Virus record (IMG/VR): IMGVR_UViG_3300033993_001964
Location: 1 to 60,767 of that record
Reading direction: 5' to 3' (one strand)
Length of the DNA stretch: 60,767 bases
Source: a virus
Taxonomy: Duplodnaviria; Caudoviricetes
The notes under the pieces were generated by a model that was given only the letters and a program-made list of their open reading frames with translations, was not told the DNA's origin and made no database searches. This document shows, one piece after another, positions 18,714 through 29,600 of the stretch; the first letter of the stretch is position 1, and every line of letters starts with the position of its first letter. The position numbers and the translations under genes are program-made.

Positions 18714-20293
18714 GGTGGAAGTGTAATAGTTACGGTCGGCTCGCCAGCGCAGCCACATGCTTCATCACCGAATGTACGGATGAGAGTCAGTGTAGCCTCG
18801 CCGCCCTGATCGTCCTCAAGGTCCAAAAGATATTCCCATTGATACCACTTGGATAGGAAGCATGTGTTGGTTCCGTAGCTAACAACAAACACCCCAGAGA
18901 GCCCGTTGCCGACCGCCAAGCAGCCCAGTATCCCTTCAGACGGAAAGCCACTTTTTTCGATAGCCTTAATAGTGCCTTCGCCGTCGAATGAGTATGTGAA
19001 CGGAAACCCCGTCATGTCGCACCATTCAATAGTCAGGATCGCTTCGGCCACGTTTTCTTCTATGCCGAATGGATACGCAAAACATCCAACGTCGGGGCGG
19101 AATGTCCCGCACACGCATGGGCATTCGGCGTCTGGCAGCGTCACGCATGGGCCGCACGCAACACCTATTTGCCATTCGTTTTCGTCGCATTCGGTGCGAA
19201 CCTGCACCTCAAACGTAGTCACTCCCTTTTGCTTTGTTCGCCACTTGACGAAACCCTTCGGGCCGCCCTTAAAGCCGCCGGGCGCATCGAAGTCACAGTT
19301 GCAACGCTCAAGACCCCGCCATCCGGAGTCCCCCTTAATAGTCCTGTCGGCGATCTGAGAGCATCCGCTGCTTGCCATGTCGGGCGACCAGATTTGCACA
19401 CGTATCGGTCGCGAGTTGGTTGAGACGTACGACACGCAGAGTTCTTGCCCGGAAAAATCAAACGCGGCTGGATCGACCGTGAAGTAAAAACTCCGCACTC
19501 CACCACCGACTCCGGAGGCAGTGAACGGGCTTGCCGGGTCGATTGCGCACTTCCCGGTGGAGGGGTCATCGCAGTTGGCTTGGCACTCCTCGTTCGTAAT
19601 GTAAACGCCGCCATCATCTGGAACACACGAGTAGCCGCCGCAGGCATCAGGCGTGCAGTTGTGTTTACGGCAGTTGTCGGCACATGCTTCAGCGCTGTCG
19701 TATGGGCCTCCGGCTGTGCGCCATGCTTGGGGAACAAACACATTGTCGATCATCGTTCCGCACGGCCCGTTGAAGCAGTACGTGGACGTGACGCCATCAC
19801 GAGGCTCTTCCGGGCTTCCGGGACTTACGGTGTCGTCGTACTCGTAACAGCAGTAGTAGGTGCCTGGCGGCGGAGGCGGATCGCAGTCGGGACCGCTGCA
19901 ACACACGCCATCCACGCACTCGTAGCCACTGGGGCACGGGACGCACTGGCCGTCAATGCAAATCTCGCACTCGCCGCACGCGGACTGGACGGTCCCGTTC
20001 ACGCACTCTTCGCACCCGCCATAGTTTGGCTCGCACACGCCATCGACGCATTCAGAGCAGCCGTCGCAAGGCGGGTCGCATTCGCACGGCGGAGAAAGCG
20101 GACACAGTCCGTCGCAGTTGGGGGTGGTGTACTTGCCTCCGGTTGTCACCTTCTGGCATTCAACGACGGAACGCCCGCAACTATCGACGCCAGTCGTGAC
20201 GCAGTCGTACTGCTTTTTCGGGCCGCAGCAGCAGGCGTCCACAAGGCGACCAGCGATTGCGAGCAGCTTGCCGCCTACGCTTTTTAGCCCCAT
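18710..20293 (-). CDS. Cysteine-rich putative tail/fibre protein
   Basis: Dense CxxC/CC pattern with repeated ECVDGVC-like units; ATG 20293 overlaps upstream TGA. Confidence 0.65.
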   Translation of the reverse strand: MGLKSVGGKLLAIAGRLVDACCCGPKKQYDCVTTGVDSCGRSVVECQKVTTGGKYTTPNCDGLCPLSPPCECDPPCDGCSECVDGVCEPNYGGCEECVNGTVQSACGECEICIDGQCVPCPSGYECVDGVCCSGPDCDPPPPPGTYYCCYEYDDTVSPGSPEEPRDGVTSTYCFNGPCGTMIDNVFVPQAWRTAGGPYDSAEACADNCRKHNCTPDACGGYSCVPDDGGVYITNEECQANCDDPSTGKCAIDPASPFTASGVGGGVRSFYFTVDPAAFDFSGQELCVSYVSTNSRPIRVQIWSPDMASSGCSQIADRTIKGDSGWRGLERCNCDFDAPGGFKGGPKGFVKWRTKQKGVTTFEVQVRTECDENEWQIGVACGPCVTLPDAECPCVCGTFRPDVGCFAYPFGIEENVAEAILTIEWCDMTGFPFTYSFDGEGTIKAIEKSGFPSEGILGCLAVGNGLSGVFVVSYGTNTCFLSKWYQWEYLLDLEDDQGGEATLTLIRTFGDEACGCAGEPTVTITLPP

Positions 20294-20991
20294 CACGACA
20301 CCGGACAGTCGGAGACTGGGATGGTCTTCTGCGTGCCAGTTGATGCGAGCCATGCCCCAATGGTTGCGTACTTCACGACGATACCCACGCCCTCCTCGTA
20401 GGTAACGTCCGTCACCACCTGCACGCTTCCGACGTTGGTGGTAGACAGTCGGAAAACCATTTCGTCAGCGCGGGGCTCTATAAAGAACTGTATTCGAGAC
20501 CGGTCGTCGCCGCCGCATTCGGCTCGCAACTTCTTGGCGACAAGCATGTTGGCGGACTGATCGCGGAATATGCAGTCTCCGGAGCCATTGACGCGCAGGT
20601 TGACTTTTGCAGTGTCGCCAGCAGACTCGACGTTTGTGTACTCGCCAGAGGAGATTCGATATGTGGATTGCGTCTGCTGCGGGGGCAGCGTCGTGTTCAC
20701 CGTAGACTGCGGCACTGGCCTCTCGGCACGCTCGCTGTCCTGCCCCCGTTGGCGGCGGTAGTCGGGATCTCCGTCCCGAAAATCGAGGTTGGTCAGGCGG
20801 TGCGAGCGGTCACTGGACGTGACCTGACGCATCCCTCGCGGAGTCTGGTCGTGGATGACCTCGCCGCCCTGACGCATGGTCTGGACGCTGTTAGCAAATA
20901 TGTTCGCGATGATCGTGGCGGCATTGGCGGGAAGGCCCGCCTCGATAAGGCTGCCCCGCAACTGCCCGCCTTGATTGGCGTAACTGCTCAC
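20293..20991 (-). CDS. Hypothetical tail-region protein
   Basis: GTG start overlapping upstream stop; beta-rich C-terminus (VQVVTDVTY). Confidence 0.6.
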   Translation of the reverse strand: MSSYANQGGQLRGSLIEAGLPANAATIIANIFANSVQTMRQGGEVIHDQTPRGMRQVTSSDRSHRLTNLDFRDGDPDYRRQRGQDSERAERPVPQSTVNTTLPPQQTQSTYRISSGEYTNVESAGDTAKVNLRVNGSGDCIFRDQSANMLVAKKLRAECGGDDRSRIQFFIEPRADEMVFRLSTTNVGSVQVVTDVTYEEGVGIVVKYATIGAWLASTGTQKTIPVSDCPVS

Positions 20992-23918
20992 TTGCCGGCC
21001 CCGTTTGCATCTAGCGTGTACACAACAACAGGCTCGCTCGTCTTTCGCGCTCCTGATAATTCTACCGCCACAGCCCGGTCTGCGGATGCAATGTCGTCAA
21101 GGGTTTTTCCGGATAGTAGCGCCCGCGCCACGCCTGAGTCTGCGCCGTACTTTGTGGTGTTGGCTGCCATGTCAAGTCGAGCGCCGCTGTCCACTGTGTT
21201 GCTAACAAACCCAACACCCCTGTCTCTTGCTGCCGCATTTGGGCGCGGGTGCGGTGAGTTGTTGTAGTAGAGCCTCATGGCGACCTCGCACGTCGACTGC
21301 TGTGGCTTGTACTGGATGCTGATGTTGCGGGCAGTGGTGCTGGCAGCTTTCGGGTCTTGCGAGTCCGATGTGTACTCCATAGCCCCTGTCTTGAATCGGT
21401 ACGGCACGTACACGGGTGTGTCGGCAGACATCGACGTGGCGGTGTAGGTGGCGACTGCCGATTGAGAACCGACTTCAGGCGGCGAGATGTACAAGGTGCC
21501 GCTCGTGTAGCCGTACCCCATAGAGGTGATCCAGATTGCAGTTACGGCGCCATTGAGGTCGATCGACGCCTGAAACTCTGCGCCGCTGCCGCCCGATGCT
21601 GTAACAGTCGGCGGCTTCTTGTACCCCGAGCCAGCGCTCGTCAGAACAGTCTGAATCACTGCGCCTCTGGCAAGGTCTGAAGCGCCCTCGCCGAGCAGGT
21701 ACACTCCGCCCTTGCCGGCGTACACCACGCGATAGTCGCCGTTAGATAGCCTGGCGGCGCACGCAGATGACAGTCTCTGAGGATACCTCTCTTGCCACCA
21801 CGTTTTGCTATCTACGTGATAGCAGTAGGCGCGCGTCGGGAAGCCACCCGAGCCGTCCCCTTTCAGCGCCACAAACGCACGAACGATGCGGGTAATCGGG
21901 TCAGACGCCAGGAAGTACCACTTGCCGTTGGCCTTGTCTACCTGCTGCGTAAAGATGTCGTCAATCGACTGGGACAGCGCTGAAACCTGGCCACCAGAAG
22001 TTACGGAGTACACGCCGTACTGGTCTAGAACGTACGCGACACCGTCGAGGATATCCCAGCACCGCTGATTCAGGGCGCCGCGATACGCGACTGGCGTTAC
22101 CTGCGCGTCAAGCACTGGCTGCTTGGCAAACGTCATGGCGTAGCAGGCCCGAGACTGCATAATGAGCATCGTCGGCCCGTAGGGCACAAGGGCCGTGACG
22201 GCGTCGGAGTCTCTGGAGTTTTGCTGCAACACAATTTCGTTGACGTCTGGGACGCTTTCCGGCTCGTCCACTTCCGAGTACAGGATGGTGTTGGGCTTCG
22301 TCCCGGACGTGTCTACCGCATACCAATGGCGGTCCTGAAACCGCACGACTGCGGCTTTGTCGCCTGGAGGGATTCCAAATCGGTTGGCATTGAGCTGCCC
22401 GTTGGGCAGGACGATTGGCATGGCGGAGTACCCATCGCGATCGGGGTTGCGCAGCTCTTCGTCGGTGAGGTCGTCTGCGTACACAGCGACACCCGCAGCG
22501 ACGGCCTTGACGCGATACAGAGTGGTCGCCTGATTGCTAGTAGTTCGCCAGAGCTCGCACTGCGCAGCGCGGCCAGACGCAGCTGCAAACGACCAATCTA
22601 GCGACTTGGCCCCCTCGCCCGCATCCACCTCGAGTACTGGCGACAGGTTGCTCGGGATAGGTCCGCCGCGATCTTCTGGGGTGGCGTCAACGTATCTCGT
22701 GTAGCACTGGTATTTGCCACGCAAGTGCGGGCGAGACACGGCAAACACTTCCGCACCGCCTGCCAGCACCTCCACGACAGGGGGCTTCTTGTAGCCCCCA
22801 CCTCCGTTCTCAAGCGTGACGGTGTCGATAGCCCCGTTCTTCACCGTGCAGGTGGCATAGGCCCCGAAACCGCTGGGGGACGTGATCTTCAGTTGCGGTG
22901 CAACCAGAAAGCCACTTCCCTTCTTAGTGACGGCAATGGAGCCTACTCCAAACCTTTGCCCGGTTGTGTTCTGAGTGTTGCCGGACGTAATGCCGTTAAG
23001 GATGATGTCCCTCGACGAATCGCCAGAGCCGGATGGAATTCGAAGCGTTACGATGTCCGTGTCGGAGTATCCTGAGCCGTAGTTGACGGGCTCGACCGAA
23101 AGCAACTGCCTCGCTCCGCGCATGTAAAAGTAGTTGACGCCATTCGACAGAACCTCTGAACACTGATACGTGGCAGGGCTAAACGTGAGCTTTACTGTAG
23201 CGCCAGAGCCAACGCCGCCGGACACGGTGTAAGAAAACCCTCTCTTTGCTCCAAAGGACGTGCATTGAATCATGCCTTGCCACAGGCCACCTGCCGGTGG
23301 AGGAAAAAAGAAACTGAAAGAAGCCGACCCGCTGGCGGCAGGCACTGTCGTGGAGCCGCTCGCGTAGTACCACGTCTTGCCGTCATCACCTCCTGCGGAG
23401 TCGAGATAGTCCGGAGCCTGCACGATCTTCCATTCGGTGATGCCGGTGTAGGGGTCGCCGCCGCCGCCTGCGGTTGGCGTGCCGTCGAGCGTGGCGGTGA
23501 GTTCCGCCCCCTTGCCATACGTGTCACCCAACTCAACGGACGGCTGGTCGAGGTAGTATTTTCCGCCGTCGTCTATGCGAACCTCAGACAGCGATGACTG
23601 ACCAAGAAACGCTTGGGCTTTTGCCTCCTTGCCCAGTACGGGATCGCGTCCCTTCTCGGAGGTGAACGTGATGGGCGGCGGTGCGTAATAGCAGGAACCA
23701 GACTTGTACACGTCCGCACGAGCGATGTAGTAGCAGGCGGGCGTTATGGCGGTGACCGCAGGCGCAGCAGTCGGTGCGTCCATGCCAGCATCTACAGCCG
23801 CAGCGGTGCCGTACACGCGGGCAGGACGGACCCCGCCGCCTTGAACGACGATGAGTTCTCCGTTACGCCCTTGCGAGCAGGACACGGGACGGTCAGGGGA
23901 GAATCGGTTGGTAATCAT
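20988..23918 (-). CDS. Tail nozzle / tubular protein B-like (main part) with inserted GSGY-repeat modules
   Basis: Propeller-like core (ELWRTT, RFQDRHWYA, ILYSEVDEPESVP, DAVTALVPYG, YVLDQYGVY) typical of P22 gp10/T7 gp12-like proteins; several GSGY..PP.V..GG.GA modules. Confidence 0.6.
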   Translation of the reverse strand: MITNRFSPDRPVSCSQGRNGELIVVQGGGVRPARVYGTAAAVDAGMDAPTAAPAVTAITPACYYIARADVYKSGSCYYAPPPITFTSEKGRDPVLGKEAKAQAFLGQSSLSEVRIDDGGKYYLDQPSVELGDTYGKGAELTATLDGTPTAGGGGDPYTGITEWKIVQAPDYLDSAGGDDGKTWYYASGSTTVPAASGSASFSFFFPPPAGGLWQGMIQCTSFGAKRGFSYTVSGGVGSGATVKLTFSPATYQCSEVLSNGVNYFYMRGARQLLSVEPVNYGSGYSDTDIVTLRIPSGSGDSSRDIILNGITSGNTQNTTGQRFGVGSIAVTKKGSGFLVAPQLKITSPSGFGAYATCTVKNGAIDTVTLENGGGGYKKPPVVEVLAGGAEVFAVSRPHLRGKYQCYTRYVDATPEDRGGPIPSNLSPVLEVDAGEGAKSLDWSFAAASGRAAQCELWRTTSNQATTLYRVKAVAAGVAVYADDLTDEELRNPDRDGYSAMPIVLPNGQLNANRFGIPPGDKAAVVRFQDRHWYAVDTSGTKPNTILYSEVDEPESVPDVNEIVLQQNSRDSDAVTALVPYGPTMLIMQSRACYAMTFAKQPVLDAQVTPVAYRGALNQRCWDILDGVAYVLDQYGVYSVTSGGQVSALSQSIDDIFTQQVDKANGKWYFLASDPITRIVRAFVALKGDGSGGFPTRAYCYHVDSKTWWQERYPQRLSSACAARLSNGDYRVVYAGKGGVYLLGEGASDLARGAVIQTVLTSAGSGYKKPPTVTASGGSGAEFQASIDLNGAVTAIWITSMGYGYTSGTLYISPPEVGSQSAVATYTATSMSADTPVYVPYRFKTGAMEYTSDSQDPKAASTTARNISIQYKPQQSTCEVAMRLYYNNSPHPRPNAAARDRGVGFVSNTVDSGARLDMAANTTKYGADSGVARALLSGKTLDDIASADRAVAVELSGARKTSEPVVVYTLDANGAGK

Positions 23919-24619
23919 GCGAGAGGTAAACCGGAGGCGAGGACAGAGTCCGGATAGTCAGGCGTGGACGACGATCCGCCAAAGTACGTCACTTCGTCTG
24001 GCGTGGCCGAATCGTCCCTGTACAGTCGCCACTCACCGGCATTGTTTCCTCCGGGAACGGGTCCATTCGTGTCATCCTGTGTGGCAATCCACAGTTTCCC
24101 AACGTGTCGCACAACATCGTCTGTGGTGTACTGCCCGTCCACCCAGTCACCTCGCCAGTTAGCGTTGCCTGTAAGAAGTCGAGTCCACGAGGCGGTGGAC
24201 GAACTACCGCCGAACAACTCACCGACATAGTCCGCCGCTGGTGGCTGAGGCGGAGGAGGTTCGGTCGTCTGTCCAGCAACGAATCGCTGCGTATACGTTG
24301 TCCCGGTCTGGCCGGACGTGAGAGTGAGCGGAGGTTCGCTTGGGGCAGGCGTCTCGGGCCCATAGGCGGGGCTTGGCAGCGCCACCAGTTCGCCGCTCGC
24401 AGTCAGCGCGAGCAGGACTGTATTTCCTCCAGATTCATACGGGAAGCAGTCAAGAACGTCGCTGGCAGCAACAGTCGAGGCTACTCGACGCATGCCGTCT
24501 CTGGTGGTGAGCTGACCAGGAATGGTCAGGGATAGGTTGACCTGATCAACGGCCGCGCCGGCGGGAAGGATGTACGGGCTAGCTTGAGTTACCAGCCCGG
24601 CCCATTGGTCGGCTTTCAT
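23915..24619 (-). CDS. Nozzle N-terminal-like protein with carbohydrate-binding-like module
   Basis: N-terminus WAGLVT..SPY.LP.GAA....N.....GQLTTRDG resembles podoviral nozzle N-termini; C-terminal WRGDWVDGQYTTDDVVRHVGKLWIA is CBM5/12-like. Confidence 0.5.
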   Translation of the reverse strand: MKADQWAGLVTQASPYILPAGAAVDQVNLSLTIPGQLTTRDGMRRVASTVAASDVLDCFPYESGGNTVLLALTASGELVALPSPAYGPETPAPSEPPLTLTSGQTGTTYTQRFVAGQTTEPPPPQPPAADYVGELFGGSSSTASWTRLLTGNANWRGDWVDGQYTTDDVVRHVGKLWIATQDDTNGPVPGGNNAGEWRLYRDDSATPDEVTYFGGSSSTPDYPDSVLASGLPLA

Positions 24620-24622
24620 GGG

Positions 24623-25516
24623 TCACACTCCCGTGTCGGGGCCGGATGGCGAGTAGTACCCCAGAGCTCGCGCGACACTGGAGAACCTCCCCTCACTGCG
24701 GCTGCCGGATATTGGAGCGACGCCGTCCGCCTCGAATGCAAGCCGCATGTCGCGACTATGCACTGCCATTGCACCTTCGACGTTCTTTCCAAGAAGGCGG
24801 GCAAGCCACGCCTCAGCTCCGGACAGTACGGCCGTGTACATCCCGTCTGACACGTCTAAGTAGTCGGACCAAAGCGCCTTTCCGGCGTCGACGGTGCCGC
24901 GACTGCTGCCGGCGATGCCCATCAGCTTTGCTCCCACGTAAGGGTTGCGCCCAAACGAGGACGTGGGGAAGTTGGTGTTGCCGCTGTATCGCACGACGGC
25001 TCCCGTCGGAGGAGCAGGCGAACCGGTGATGGTCAGGCATATTGGCTCAAAGCCCATATACCGCAGCATTGGCGGACGGCGGCGGAACGTGTACTTGTAC
25101 GTCACGGACTGCGGGGTTCCCGCAAGCTTAAGAAGCCAGCGATCCGCCGCCGCCGGGTCGCGCATTACAGTCCAGTACACTGGCGAGTTCAGCTGCGGGA
25201 ACCGCACGTCCACGCGAAGCCAGTCTGTTGGCGGCAGGTACATGACTGGCGTAGAGGAGGTTTGCGGGGGTATGAGTGCGTCTAAGTTCTTGACGTTCTC
25301 CGGAAGCGTGAACGTGTCGACCCCGTTGCCGCTTCCAACGGCAGGGTCGTCAACCAGCGTGGCTTCAGCAACGTGCCAGTTCCAGTCGCGAGCGTTGATG
25401 ACATCACGGTAGGCGTTGTGCGCAGCCGCCCGAAGCGAAGTGTGTTCGCTGTCCTGTGCGCCGCCGCCAACGGACGCCATGAGGTATTCGATGATGTCTT
25501 GGGCTGCGTAGTACAC
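24623..25516 (-). CDS. Head-tail adaptor / tail tubular protein A-like
   Basis: AQDIIEYL...AAAHNAYRDVINARDWNWH, FTLPENV; position upstream of the nozzle genes; GTG start after AGGA. Confidence 0.6.
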   Translation of the reverse strand: MYYAAQDIIEYLMASVGGGAQDSEHTSLRAAAHNAYRDVINARDWNWHVAEATLVDDPAVGSGNGVDTFTLPENVKNLDALIPPQTSSTPVMYLPPTDWLRVDVRFPQLNSPVYWTVMRDPAAADRWLLKLAGTPQSVTYKYTFRRRPPMLRYMGFEPICLTITGSPAPPTGAVVRYSGNTNFPTSSFGRNPYVGAKLMGIAGSSRGTVDAGKALWSDYLDVSDGMYTAVLSGAEAWLARLLGKNVEGAMAVHSRDMRLAFEADGVAPISGSRSEGRFSSVARALGYYSPSGPDTGV

Positions 25517-25523
25517 GGTGTTC

Positions 25524-26645
25524 CTACTTGAGTTGGACGCCAGCGGAAGCAGCACTCGGCTCGCCCACGCCAGCGGAGTTCACAGCGGACACGCGGAAGG
25601 AGTAGACAAATCCGACTCGCATGGCGAATGTGAGGGTGGACGGCTGTCCGATGCCAACTACAGCGTTTGTAGTGGGGGTGGTAGTTGTGCCCACAAGATA
25701 TGCGGTAGACCCCACCATGCTCTCGATCCTGTACCCCGTGATGGACCCGCCACCGTTGCCGGTCGGCGCAGACCAAGACAGGGCGTATGCCGTGTTGTAG
25801 CCACCGCCAGACGAACCGCTGCTGACGATGTAGTTGGTCGGAGTCACCTTCAGGTTGTATGGCGCGGTCGGCGGCTGAATGCTGGGAGTTACCGGAATGG
25901 TCACTTGCGACCACGAGCCAGTGCCGCTGGCGTTGACTGCGGCTACACGAAAGACATACGTGGCTCCGTTGGCGAGGCCAATTACCGTTTTGGAGTACGG
26001 CTCGCCAGTTCCTACCCCAAACGACGTCGCCTGCGTCCACGTGGAGCCATTGTTAGGGCTATACTGAATCACGTAATCCGAGATGGGCGATGTGCCAGAA
26101 GACGCTGGGGGAGTCCACCAAACGCGAACACGCGCATTTAGCGCCAAAGCGCCGACGTTTTGCGGAGCCGACGGAGAGCCTGATGGTGCGGCATCCGACG
26201 CGACATCAATCGGTATGCACGTCACCTGACCGCCCTGCTCAAGCAGCAGGATCTCTGTGCCGCTCGACGCCCAGCAGTTCACGGCATCCGTTAGTCGCGT
26301 CACTCCAAGCCTTTGGTTCACAAACTCAGGATATGTGCCATTATCGCCCGCCACAATCTTTTCGTATGACGTAACCTGAGTATCAATGCCCCACACTGTG
26401 CCGCCGTTCACAAACAGCGGTATCTCTCCCACGACACGTTGCGTGCCATACGCGCCCCACGTCTTGCCGTTTTGCGAAATGCACGAAACCCGTTGGCTGT
26501 CGTGAAACGCCACAAATCCCACGTTTGGCACGTAGGCCACTGAGTTCATTTCGTGATTTGTAATCCCGGTGCCACTAGACCCCCCTAAAATTGCACCGGT
26601 GCTTCTGAATCCCGAGCGCCAATCGTAGCCGTTAGAGATTGCCAT
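25524..26645 (-). CDS. Fibronectin type III domain protein (two FN3 repeats)
   Basis: PSAPQNV..VWWTPP..SGTSPISDYVIQY..GLANGATYVFRVAAVNASGTG and PTAPYNL..LSWSAP..GGGSITGYRI..YSFRVSAVNSAGVG; N-terminal SQNGKTW Asp-box-like motif. Confidence 0.85.
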   Translation of the reverse strand: MAISNGYDWRSGFRSTGAILGGSSGTGITNHEMNSVAYVPNVGFVAFHDSQRVSCISQNGKTWGAYGTQRVVGEIPLFVNGGTVWGIDTQVTSYEKIVAGDNGTYPEFVNQRLGVTRLTDAVNCWASSGTEILLLEQGGQVTCIPIDVASDAAPSGSPSAPQNVGALALNARVRVWWTPPASSGTSPISDYVIQYSPNNGSTWTQATSFGVGTGEPYSKTVIGLANGATYVFRVAAVNASGTGSWSQVTIPVTPSIQPPTAPYNLKVTPTNYIVSSGSSGGGYNTAYALSWSAPTGNGGGSITGYRIESMVGSTAYLVGTTTTPTTNAVVGIGQPSTLTFAMRVGFVYSFRVSAVNSAGVGEPSAASAGVQLK

Positions 26646-26660
26646 CTCTTGCCTCCTGTG

Positions 26661-29600
26661 CTAAACGCGTGGACGTCGGGTGTCGATAATGGTCCGCGTA
26701 ATAGTGCGGAGCGATGCGCCGCCCGAAACGCCAGTTGTGGTCGTGTCGGCTATTTGGAGTGCGCCAAGACCTGCCGACAGGTCGCGATAAAGCAGAAACC
26801 CCTTGCGTTCATATGCGCCAGTGATGCCACCCGGAGAAGTAAGGCCGCTACCGTCTCCCGCAGCCTTGTAAGAAAACCCTTGATAGCGGGATGTGCAGAC
26901 GAGTAAGCCGGTAGGACTCATTGCCATGCTTGTAATCGCAGGGCAGGCTGTATCTTCTACAGAGACAAGACTTTCCCGTGCAGACGCAGGCAGTTCGTAT
27001 CGCGCCCACGAGTCGCCAGAACCGTTGTTGTAGTTGTACGCGATGTAGTGTCGGCCAAACCTTTTCCCCACAAACTCGCCGTACTGTGCGCTCTGCCACG
27101 TGCCTTGATTCGCGGCTGGAATGGTGGTGGATGACCTGTCTCGGTACGTGGCAATAAGCACGTTGTTCCATGGGAACGACCACATGCGAACCATCGACCC
27201 CATAAAAAAGGGCGGCACGGCGGTGTCCCACGTCAAGCCACCGTCGAAACTGCGGGCCACGAGCGCAGACGACTCAGGTTGGTCTACACGCCACGAGTAG
27301 ATTGCCGTCGAGTTTTTGAACTCACGGGTGGGCCACCACGTCCCGCTGTCGCCGCTGCTGTAGGCGATCAGCACGCCCTGCGACGTCGCAACGATTCCAT
27401 CCCAGTATCGCGTCGCCGGAAGCCAACTAATCGACCACGTGTTTCCGCCATCCGTAGACCTGCGAGCGACGTTTGTCTGGTCGGACGGCAGTGCGACGTA
27501 GGCTCCCCTAGCGTATGCAATCCCAATAAGGTCAGCGTCGTTAGACAGTGAGTTGACGACCTTGATTGATGTGGCTTTGTCAACGGTCAGCGTGGCGACG
27601 TTGCTGTACAGATTGTCGCCTGGAAACGAGATTTCCACTCGCCACTCGGTGTTGTGGTGGAATCCAGCGACGGCTGTGAACGAAATGGACTGCTCAGACT
27701 CCCCCTGCCGTGTGTAATACGACCATTCTGCGCTGCCGATACGACGCATTTGCCATCTGGCGGGGTATGCCGACGCGGAAAAAATACCCTGATACGCCAT
27801 TGTTACCGTAGCACCCGCAACAACGCTCTGGCTTGCGGGCTGGGACGTAAAGAACTGATACGACGGCACGGTGAGCGTGGCCTCGCTTGTGTAAAGCGTC
27901 ACGTCGCTGCACGTCACAGATGCCCGATACAGCCACCCGCTGCGTGCAGAGGTCAAGCCCACCAGCGAAAGAAGTTTGCCGGTCGCTCCAGCAACTGGCC
28001 CCCACGCCGTGTTAGATGGAGGTCGGCTCTCCCACGAGATGGAGGGACTGCCGCATCCAGTGCTAGAGAAGTCAAATGAGAAGGATGCCGATCCGTTGAC
28101 CGCGCGTGCGTCCGAAGGGTTGAGCGTAATGGTCGCCCCTCCCACCGTCAGGACGGCGGAGCGAGTTGTTGCGGTCTGCGTGCCAACGGTCACGGTGGCC
28201 CGATACTGCGAGCCGCTGAGTTGCGAAGTGAGGCCAGAGATCACGAGAGACGTCTGGGTGGCTCCGCTTACCGTTGTCCACGTCGAGCCAGAAAGCCCAG
28301 CAACCTGCCTCTCCCACTTAATAGAGGCAGTGCTGCCGTCGCCTCCGCTGTACGCAAATGTCAGCGTGGCGGTTGTCGAAGCGGTGGAAACGTCGAGCGG
28401 CTGGGTTGAGATGACAAGAGGCGGCGGAATAACCGTCAGAGTTGCTTCCCGCGAATACGCCGTGACGTTGCACGCCGACACAACAGCGCGATACTTGTAG
28501 TTGTTGTAGGCAGAGGTAAGTCCCGATGAGATGCTGTAAGTGGCGCTTGTGGCACCAGAAATGTTCGTCCACGAAGAGTCCGCTGGAGCTTTATATTGCC
28601 ACTGGATGGAGGCCGAAGACGAGCAGGACGTCAACGAGTACACAGTTGTGAAGGAGGCAGATCCCGTCGTCGCAGTAGCGTCCGCAGGAAGCGAGCCGCT
28701 TAGTCCGACTCCCGGAACCGTGAGCGTTGCGGGGTTTGTGAATACCGAAGCGGCGCCCTTTGTCACGACGCCCCTCACTCGCGCGCCATCGTATCCAGTT
28801 GCCGACAGGCCCAAGAACGCCTGGAGTCCAGAAAACGAATAAGACCTAGTGGTAGTGCTGCTTGTGGTGGCCGACCCTGCGATGGGTGTCCATCCATCTG
28901 CCCCCGATCCGGCCGGGCGCCACTGCCACGAGACTGTTGCATCGCCAGAGGGTCCGCCGCTGTACGTGAGCGAAAACGACGCAGCCCCGTTGTTGGACGT
29001 GGCGTCATCAGGGTGGGCGGAAATCGTTAGCGCGGCAGGCGCAACAGACAGGGCGGCTGCATTGCTGTAGATGGTCTGGCCGCTGTACGAAAGGCCGCAC
29101 CTAAACAGGTTGCCGTCGTTGTGGGTGCCGCCGCTATAGTTGACCGTGATCGAGCCGTAGGTCGCGGACGTGGCGCCAGAGATGTTTGTCCACGTTGCGC
29201 CTGCGTCGGTAGACTTCTGCCACTGATACGTTATGGTTCCGCCTGCGGTTCCTGCTACCGAGAACGCGGAGCTTGCAAGCGTGGCGCCGTTCGCAGCCGA
29301 CACGTCGCTTGGCTGTGTCGTGATGACTAGGGTAAGCGTCTCGAGAGTTGCGGATGCACTGTACGCGACAAACCCGGTGGAGTCAGTGGCCTTGAGTCGG
29401 TATCGGGACAGGTGATTAGACGAACCCAGCCCAGTAAGCGATAGCAGGATCGTTGCCTGCCCAGACGCCCCAGAGGTGCCGTCAGCAATGTCCGCGAAGT
29501 CACCTGTGGCGTTGGCCTTCTGCCAGCGGTAGGCAATCGCCCCTGTGCCTCCCGATGCAGACGCACTGAAGTCGGCGGCACCACCAGAACTGGTAGCGTC

